A DNA stretch of 32,000 nt, taken from the NCBI RefSeq assembly GCF_000186885.1, contig NC_014972.1, positions 3,510,001-3,542,000 on the forward strand, given 5' to 3'. Below, in pieces: positions 25,290-32,000 of this stretch. The notes below the pieces were generated by a model. The model saw nothing but the letters and a program-made list of their open reading frames with translations. It did no database searches and was not told the DNA's origin. How positions within the stretch are numbered: position 1 is the stretch's first letter; each line of letters opens with the position of its first letter. The DNA is from Desulfobulbus propionicus DSM 2032 (GTDB taxonomy: Bacteria; Desulfobacterota; Desulfobulbia; Desulfobulbales; Desulfobulbaceae). The translations under genes were made by a program, and so were the position numbers.

Positions 25290-27591
25290 TCAAGCAGCCT
25301 GGCGGACCTCGGCCAAGACGAAGTGGCCAAGGTGGGGCGGCTTGTAGAGACGAATGGGTTTATGGTTGATCTCGCCATGACCCTGGCGGTCATAGCTGCC
25401 GATCCGGCGGTCTTGCCAATAGATCACCCCGGCTTGCGGTCGGAACCGGTTGCCGTCCACATAGGCCACCGCCGTATTACCCCGGAGATAGACCCTCCCC
25501 CTGATCACCAGCTCGTGGCGGACCAGGGCGGTTTGCCCGTCGGGGGAACTGATGGTGGTCGTAGTGGTCACCCGGGTTTCCTCGGTGGTGGTCACGCTTT
25601 CGGTCTCATCGAGATCGAGCACCGAGGCGAGTTCCAGCTGGCGATACCGGCTCCAGGCGGTGGTGACATCCTCTACCGGCTGCTGGTCGGTTAGGGCCTT
25701 GGCCAGCTCGTAAAGCATGCTGTTCTCCGATTCGGAAAGCGCGGCCAACCCTTGACCCGAGAGTTCGCCCTCAACTGCGAGCGAGGTCTCCATCTTCTGG
25801 GCCATGAGGCTGAGCGCCTTATCCTGCATGGTTTCGGCATAGGCCAGGTAGAAGACCCGGACCGGCAGGTTCTGACCAATCCGCCAGCTACGGCGGCTGG
25901 CCTGCCTGAGGGTGAATACCGAATAGCCGCATTGGAAGAAAACGATGGTCGGGAAGTCGAGCAGATCCAGACCGGTCTTGACCAGGTTGGGGTTGCAGAG
26001 CAGACAGTCGTACTGGCCGGTCTCCAGATGATCCTTTAACCAGCTTTCCCGGTTTTCCGGTTTGACCGCCTGGCCCCGCAGCACCAAAGGAGCAAAACCA
26101 TGGTGGTGCAGCTTGTCCACCAGGGTGGGCACCAGGTCGCGGGTACCGGTGTGTTCGAGAAAGACCGCCACCTTGCGGCCCTGTTTGCGTTCCGTGGTCA
26201 GGATCTCCAACAACCGCTTTTCCTTGGCCAGAAGGTTGATCTCCAGGGCCGGAGCCGAGGCGATCAGTTCCTCTACGCCACCGCGTTCGAGATAAACCCG
26301 TTCGCCGAAGCGGCAACCATCCGGATAGGCAAGCAAACTTTGCAGCATCTTGCCCAAGAGCCGCATGTCGCCGCAGGCGAGAGCCTTGCGGGTGGCAGCG
26401 ACCAGGGTGTTGGAGAGATCGAAATAATGGGTTTGCAGTGTGTCATCCATCGGGGTGGTGACGATGATTTCTTCGTAGTCGGGCAGGGCCTGGCTGACAT
26501 CGTTCAGCCGGACAAAGGCGGAACGCTCCAACAAGAGATCCGGAAGCAACAGGGGGGAAATCCCCGGTGCCTCCTTGACCCGGGCCTTACCAGTCTTGCG
26601 GCCAATGCTGGCCTGATTCCAGTCGGGGCCCAGATCATCGGCTTCGTAGGTGCGTTCCACCACCCCGTAGCGTTCGGCAAATCCGAGGGTGCGACCGTAT
26701 TCAAAACCGGCTTGCACCATCTGCCGGGGAAACATCCGCCAGAGAAGGTAGAACAAATCGCGACTATAGCCGCCCATGAGGGTGACGGTCAGCGCCAGCA
26801 CCTTACGGGAACGGGCGATCAGGCAGGACATGGCCTGGCCCTGGGCAGTGCCGCCTCCCTTGAGTTCATGGACCTCGTCAAGGATGACGAGGATCAAAGA
26901 AGCCCTTGGGAAGATAGCGTTTGATGAACTCAGCCTTGGCATAGCGCCGGTTGCGTCTACCGTCGGCCGACCACATCCGGGCCTGGCAATGTTCGCAGAC
27001 CGGGGCCGGGTCATTCACATTCAAAAAGACCTGAGCACCGCAGTCCGGGCAGCAGGTTGCTCCTTGCCGGACCATGAAGCCGGGCTTGCGCTGGTAGTGC
27101 AGCTTGGCGCGCTCCTTGCCCAGCACCCAGATTTCGGTGCCCCGTGGTTTTGCAGGTTTTCGTTTATGATCGAGCAACAGGGTCATGTCTCGGCCGTTGA
27201 GGTTGATGCAGGTGCAGCCGGGAAGGGTTGCTTCCGCCTCCCGGATCCACTTGCGCACCAGATGACCGGGGCATTGAATGAGGATGCGCTTGGCCGGTTT
27301 GGGATCGAGCGCGGCCACGGCCAGGCTCATGATCGTCTTACCCGCTCCCATCTCGCCCACCAGGAAGGCACCTTTGCAGTCCTCCTTGTAGAGCGTCCGG
27401 GCAATGGGCAGGATGCCGCAGCGGATCTGAGCCTCAAACGGGGTGCGCTTGAGTTGGCCCAGTTGTTCGCGTGCCTGCGCATCCCACTGATCTTCACCCT
27501 TGGGCTGATAGATCGGGTGCATGGTGGTGATGACCTGGGACTTGAGTACCTCGCCCCATTGGTCGAGAAATTCGCTTAAAGGGATGTCCAT
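25290..27591 (-). pseudogene. SNF2/DEAD-type helicase split into two frames (ORFs 26878-27591 and 25290-27014)
   Basis: N-terminal part has FLVGEMGAGKTIMSLAVAAL (Walker A) and CxxC pairs (CCPDC, CEHC); C-terminal part begins at LVILDEVHELKGG (motif II) and has RQASRRSWRIGQNLPVRVFYLAYAETMQD (motif VI). Joined by a +1 nt shift near 26891-26892. Confidence 0.85.
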
Positions 27592-27672
27592 CGTCTGTCC
27601 TCCATGGGGAAGACAAACGATCCCCGTCAGGGGACCGAATGCCTCCCCTGATCGGGTTGTGTTTGAGTTCGT

Positions 27673-28239
27673 TTAACCGAGATAGCCGAGCCGGATGCCT
27701 TCCAGAATCCGTTCCTCCAATGCCTCTTCCTGCCAACTGATCTTCCAGGCTTGCCGTAGGTGCGGATTGCCAAAGGAATAGAGCCGTTCTGGTTGTAGGA
27801 CCTCGTCCCACAGCCAGTCGCGCCACTCAGGCTTCAGCGGCATGGTGGTGCTGTTGTCCAAACGGTGATGGGCCTGCTGCTTGACCGCTGCCATGTCCTC
27901 GCCAAAGACGATGACCGAGCAGGTGGTCTCGGTGTGCTGGGCCTTGCGTTCGAATTGTTCGGCGCTGATCAGTACCTTGTTGACCACATCGCCGATCTTC
28001 CGTGCCCGGATGGAGCGGATGGTGCCTGGAGTACGGCCCAACTCCAAGGGAGTGGGTTCGATCCCGGAGATGCGGCTGAAGCCGCCGTTGTAGAAGTGGG
28101 CCGAGGTGGCCTGGATCTGGGCCGGGCTGCCGACCAGACTGAGCAGGTAAGCCCGCGCCTGATCCGCCTCGATACTGGCGATGAGACCGTCACAGTAGGT
28201 GACAAAACCGTTGCTGCGGATGGTGAGATAGTCGTGCAT
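27673..28239 (-). CDS. Hypothetical protein of the plasmid/ICE-like module
   Basis: 188 aa ORF (MHDYLTIRSNGFVTYCDGLIASIEADQARAYLLSL..) co-directional with neighbours; no family recognised. Confidence 0.6.
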   Translation of the reverse strand: MHDYLTIRSNGFVTYCDGLIASIEADQARAYLLSLVGSPAQIQATSAHFYNGGFSRISGIEPTPLELGRTPGTIRSIRARKIGDVVNKVLISAEQFERKAQHTETTCSVIVFGEDMAAVKQQAHHRLDNSTTMPLKPEWRDWLWDEVLQPERLYSFGNPHLRQAWKISWQEEALEERILEGIRLGYLG

Positions 28240-28321
28240 GATGCCTCCTGAAAAAAGAGGGAGACATCCCCACCGGGGAAGACTCCCCCCATGGGTTGGT
28301 GTAATTGAAAATTTAAAAACC

Positions 28322-29362
28322 TCAGCGGATGATCAGCATTTCGGCCTTGGCCATGTCGATGGCCTTGACCGTGGGCTGGTACAGGTCACGGGTGGTGACC
28401 ATGGTGTCGCCGCTGTTGTTTTCGGCGATGGAGTGTATTTTTTCCGTCTTGTGGACCACGCCCTTGATCACCAGCCGGTGGCCGGCCATCTCGATCTCGC
28501 CGTTCATATAACCGCCGGCAAGCATCAGGGCCAGATGGCCGTTTTTCAACGGCGCCAAAGGCCGGATGGAGTGGCACTGTCCGGGCGCCAGATCGTGGGT
28601 GAGCAGATCCGCCAACAGCCCGCTCTTGCGAACCAGGGGGATGGCTTCCCTCGGATCGATCCGGCTGCACCTGAAGGTGCAGGGATGTTTGGGAGCGGGG
28701 ATAATCAGCCGCTCTGTACAGCTTGCCAACTGCGGAGCCGTGGCCAGAAAGATCTCCGGCGTCATGCCGGCGATGCAATTCAGCTCCTGCTCCATGTGGG
28801 CTGCCTTGGCCTTGGTCACCAGCGAGCGTTTCCGCCCGATCACCAAACACTGATGGAAGGTGTGGAACTCCTCTTCCGGAAAGGCGTAGACCTGAAGGCC
28901 CGAGAAATGCCGGGCCAGAACCGAGGCGCAGGCGACGAGCACTGTGTAGGGGACAACCAGCACCAGCCAGCCGTCCTTGTACAGGGTTTCCTGAAAGCGT
29001 CTAAGAAAGAGCACTTCCAGCCGCTGGGCCTGGGCTTCCGGCTCCAGACTGTAGTCATAGGGTGGATTGAGATAGAGAAGGCCAAAGGCTCCGGGCGAGA
29101 TCCGCATTTCCACCAAGGCGTCGCCCCAGAGGAGATGGTGGATGCGTTGCCGTGCCTCAGTTGCCCGATCATGATCCAGTTCAATGCCGTAGGTGATGGC
29201 ACCTGTTCCATCCGCCAGTGCGGCAAGGGTTTGTCCCTCGCCACAGCAGGGGTCGAGAATGCGGGCGTCCTCTTCGATATCAAGCAGTTCTTTGAGTTGG
29301 CCACGGATGCTCTCCGGTGTCGGATAAAAGCCTGCCTTGGCCTGTGAACCCAGTCGTGCCAT
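28322..29362 (-). CDS. DUF6094-like / adenine-specific-type DNA methyltransferase
   Basis: KAGFYPTPESIRGQLKELLDIEEDARILDPCCGEGQTLAALADG...FGLLYLNPPYDYS: motif I DPCCGEG and motif IV NPPY. Start at ATG complement 29360-29362. Confidence 0.85.
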   Translation of the reverse strand: MARLGSQAKAGFYPTPESIRGQLKELLDIEEDARILDPCCGEGQTLAALADGTGAITYGIELDHDRATEARQRIHHLLWGDALVEMRISPGAFGLLYLNPPYDYSLEPEAQAQRLEVLFLRRFQETLYKDGWLVLVVPYTVLVACASVLARHFSGLQVYAFPEEEFHTFHQCLVIGRKRSLVTKAKAAHMEQELNCIAGMTPEIFLATAPQLASCTERLIIPAPKHPCTFRCSRIDPREAIPLVRKSGLLADLLTHDLAPGQCHSIRPLAPLKNGHLALMLAGGYMNGEIEMAGHRLVIKGVVHKTEKIHSIAENNSGDTMVTTRDLYQPTVKAIDMAKAEMLIIR

Positions 29363-29591
29363 GGTGTTCTCCTGTTTGGTTAGGGTATGCGTGCCTTTTC
29401 GATCTCGACCACGAAATGGATCTGCGCGGTCTGGCCGATCATGCAGGCATCCAGGCCCTCTAATCGGGCCAGGTGCAGCAGGTCGGTCAACAGATCGATG
29501 ATGGCGGTTTCGAGGATATCCATGGGTTCGCCCTTGCTCAGGCACTATTGATCAAGCGCCTGCCGGGCGGATTCGGTACGTCGTGTCATGG

Positions 29592-29960
29592 TCATTCTCC
29601 CTGGTTGCGTTTAATCTCCAGTTGCTGCCAATCGGGGAAGAGGCTTTCCAGCATGGTGCGAGCCGCAGTGGCTGTACCGGTGGAAGTCGCCAGATCCCGC
29701 AGGGCAACAAACAGAACCGGGGCGGCCTGGAGCAGGCGAATGTTGCCGGCTTCATGCCGTGCCACCAGCAGACTGCGCCGGTCGCCTTCCTCTGTGGAGA
29801 GGTCATAGCCCTGGTCGCACCATGTCTGTTGCTCATGACGGACTTCACGGATGACATATCCGCCTTCGGTGTCCGGATGGGATGCAATGGTCCAGGGAAA
29901 AGGGGTGCAGAATGATGGTTCTGCATGTGGGTGTTCCTGTTGGTTGGGTAGGTAGTTCAT
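29592..29960 (-). CDS. Hypothetical protein of the plasmid/ICE-like module
   Basis: ORF with start assigned at MNYLPNQQEH inside longer ORF 29592-30125; co-directional between SSB and methylase genes. Confidence 0.45.
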   Translation of the reverse strand: MNYLPNQQEHPHAEPSFCTPFPWTIASHPDTEGGYVIREVRHEQQTWCDQGYDLSTEEGDRRSLLVARHEAGNIRLLQAAPVLFVALRDLATSTGTATAARTMLESLFPDWQQLEIKRNQGE

Positions 29961-30051
29961 GTGGTGCTCCTGATGATCAAAATGAGAGGGCCTGAACCCC
30001 ACGGATGTGGAGTTCAGGCCTGGGGTGTTGTGTGGCTGCAATGCGTGGCAA

Positions 30052-30447
30052 TCAGAACGGTACGTCGTCAGAGGGTGGTGGTTCCTGGCCGTCTTCCGGT
30101 GGAACCGGAATATCGGTTCGTTCACCGCCGCCCAGCATCTTCATCTCACGGGCAATGATTTCCGTGGTGAAGCGGGTGACACCTTCTGCGTCTTGCCATT
30201 TGCGGGTCTGTAAACGGCCCTCCAGGTAGACACGGGAGCCTTTCGAGAGGTACTCGGAGCAGATTTCGGCCAGGCGACCGAAGGCAACGATGCGATGCCA
30301 TTCGGTCGATTCCTGCGCCTTACCTTCGTTATCCTTCCACCGTTCGGTGGTGGCGATGCGGAAGGTGGCCACTGCGACCTGGGTCTTGGTGTAACAGGTG
30401 TCAACGTCTGCGCCTAAATTGCCGATCAGCATGGTCTTGTTCAACAT
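30052..30447 (-). CDS. ssb: Single-stranded DNA-binding protein SSB
   Basis: MLNKTMLIGNLGADVDTCYTKTQVAVATFRIATTERWKDNEGKAQESTEWHRIVAFGRLAEICSEYLSKGSRVYLEGRLQTRKWQD...PPSDDVPF acidic tail. Confidence 0.96.
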   Translation of the reverse strand: MLNKTMLIGNLGADVDTCYTKTQVAVATFRIATTERWKDNEGKAQESTEWHRIVAFGRLAEICSEYLSKGSRVYLEGRLQTRKWQDAEGVTRFTTEIIAREMKMLGGGERTDIPVPPEDGQEPPPSDDVPF

Positions 30448-30526
30448 GAGGGTTCTCCTTGAAGAATGAGAGGGTAGCTCTCCCCACCATGGGAAGAGAT
30501 TTGGGTGCGATTTGGGAAACCTGAGT

Positions 30527-31498
30527 TCAAGCGGCTTTCTTGACCTCCAGGAAGGCGTAGGAGCTGCTCTTCTGGAAATCATTGAGCGAGTGGCCGTAGC
30601 CTTGGAGGAACTGGTTGAGCTGGTCCGCATCCAGTGACTTCCTGGTGCGAACCGCCTTACGCAGCAGATGGCCGCAAGTCTTGAGCGGACCGCGTTGGGC
30701 CACGATGGCCAGCAGATTGCTCTTGCGGTAATTGACCTCGGCCTCCAGATCTTTTTGCTGGTGCTGTAATTCCAGGAGGACTTCGACACTCTCGGTCAGC
30801 TCGCGCACCTCTTCAGCCTCGAACTTGGGGCAGTCCAGGAGGAAGGGGCAGTAGCCGCAGAGCGGTCCTACCTCCATGGAGGGGGTAGCCAAATCACCTG
30901 CACTGTAGGCTTGGTATTGGTTCCAGATGGTAGCGGCCCGGTCGATCAGGCCGTGATAGATGGTGTCCTGGGGCGTGTAGCCGCCAAAGAGTCGCATTCC
31001 CTGATCACCGAAGTTGACTGCCAGGATGGCGCCTTTCTCCACGGTGTAGTCGGGGAAGCTGTCGGCCAGCAGTCCCATTTGCAGATAGAGTTGGGTCTCC
31101 CAAGCGCCGTAGGGGTGTTCCGGGATGTTCTCCGGTGCTTTCACCTCCAGGACCGCCATGGTCTTGCGCACTTCCGAGATGAAGACAAAATCGAGATGGG
31201 CCATGACCGGGACAGCGCCCGCATGACGAACCTCGGTTTGTCGCTGGAAGTTGCTGAAACCAGCGATCATGAAGGCAGCGGCAACCACTTCCTCGGCCAT
31301 GTGACCGCGCCGCTGCCGCAGCAGGGTAACCAGGTCGGCCTCCGGGGCATGGAGTTTTCTGAGAATGGTTTTGCGTGGGCAGGCGCCGATGTCGGAAGCC
31401 CCGAGATAGGTACTCCGATCACCGAGTGTTGCCTCGGTCTGTTGGATGGCAAGCTGCTGGAGAGCGGCCTGCAGGGTGAGCATTAACTGATCTGACAT
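30527..31498 (-). CDS. PD-(D/E)XK nuclease, Cas4/YqaJ-like, with four-cysteine Fe-S-type signature
   Basis: STYLGASDIGACPRKTILRKL...RQRRGHMAEEVVAAAF...HLDFVF..TMAVLEVKAPEN...LCGYCPFLLDCPKF: one N-terminal Cys and C-x2-C-x5-C at the C-terminus. Confidence 0.75.
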   Translation of the reverse strand: MSDQLMLTLQAALQQLAIQQTEATLGDRSTYLGASDIGACPRKTILRKLHAPEADLVTLLRQRRGHMAEEVVAAAFMIAGFSNFQRQTEVRHAGAVPVMAHLDFVFISEVRKTMAVLEVKAPENIPEHPYGAWETQLYLQMGLLADSFPDYTVEKGAILAVNFGDQGMRLFGGYTPQDTIYHGLIDRAATIWNQYQAYSAGDLATPSMEVGPLCGYCPFLLDCPKFEAEEVRELTESVEVLLELQHQQKDLEAEVNYRKSNLLAIVAQRGPLKTCGHLLRKAVRTRKSLDADQLNQFLQGYGHSLNDFQKSSSYAFLEVKKAA

Positions 31499-31591
31499 GG
31501 TTGGATCCTCCTGAAAAAATGAGGGAGGATACACGGATTCCCGCCGAGGGAATGGTATCGCTCCCTCTGGGGCTGGGTGATGTTGTGGTGA

Positions 31592-32000
31592 TTAAGCTGC
31601 TTGCTTCATCCAGGTTTTTCCGGTCTTATCCCATTGAAAGCCTGCGGCCTTGAGCAGTTCCTTCTTGTCGAAGAGATGGTCGCCGATGGCGATGATCACC
31701 CCTTGACGATGCTCGAAGCTGACGCCGGCGATCCTAGGCAGGGTTGCCGAGGGATCGCTTTGATTGGCAGGTGGTTCAGTGGGTTGGCTTCTGGATGCAG
31801 GTTTGGTTTTCGGTTGAGGGTTGGATTGCGTTGCGGGTGGCGAAGTTCGTTGCGTTCCCTGAAGGAAGACGTTCTTCAACAGGCCCTTGTAGGCATCGCT
31901 GCCGATGGACAACAGTGACATGCATTTCTGAATAGCATCGGTGATCGCCCCTTTCTGGGCATCGCCGACATTGCCTTTGACGATCTGCATCTGTCCCTTG
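31592..32000 (-). CDS. C-terminal part of a Rad52/Rad22-like recombination mediator (truncated by window end)
   Basis: GNVGDAQKGAITDAIQKCMSLLSIGSDAYKG resembles the conserved GA(K/M)TDAIKRC helix of phage/plasmid Rad52-like proteins; frame open through window edge. Confidence 0.45.
   Translation of the reverse strand, partial: KGQMQIVKGNVGDAQKGAITDAIQKCMSLLSIGSDAYKGLLKNVFLQGTQRTSPPATQSNPQPKTKPASRSQPTEPPANQSDPSATLPRIAGVSFEHRQGVIIAIGDHLFDKKELLKAAGFQWDKTGKTWMKQAA

Noticed and set aside
25290-25412. Idea that the helicase fragments are two independent genes
   Set aside because: Walker A and motif II/VI are split between the frames and a single-base change restores continuity, so one ancestral gene is more likely.
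31400-32000. CRISPR array near the Cas4-like nuclease
   Set aside because: No regularly spaced direct repeats seen; the Cas4-like gene is better explained as part of a recombination module.

Overview
The window has three parts. (1) Left, about 0-8.5 kb: a partial chaperone-like ORF, a very large usher-like outer-membrane protein ending in a SPOR-like domain (minus strand), a CRP-like/DUF4388-type protein, a small membrane protein, a glutamine-amidotransferase-fold protein whose catalytic triad positions look substituted, and an uncharacterised 436 aa protein. (2) Centre, about 8.7-16.2 kb: a nitrogenase operon nifH-nifI1-nifI2-nifD-nifK, preceded by a recognisable NifA-type UAS and a -24/-12 sigma54 promoter. 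It is followed by a NifB-like protein that appears to have lost the radical-SAM CxxxCxxC motif, a thioredoxin-like [2Fe-2S] ferredoxin, a GNAT protein and a HEPN-like protein, and it ends at a perfect 13-bp hairpin. nifE, nifN and a canonical nifB are not in the window. (3) Right, about 16.3-32 kb: a secreted SNase-like nuclease, a tiny PEP-CTERM protein with a candidate sigma54 promoter, an overlapping three-gene minus-strand cassette (membrane-anchored protein, SAM methyltransferase, degenerate tyrosine-recombinase-like protein), a tandem pair of tiny paralogous proteins, an OMP, an IS21-family element with periodic terminal repeats, and a plasmid/ICE-like module (ArdC, RadC, frameshifted SNF2/DEAD-type helicase, DUF6094-like methylase, SSB, Cas4-like nuclease, Rad52-like C-terminus). 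All family assignments come from motif reading; no database search was run.
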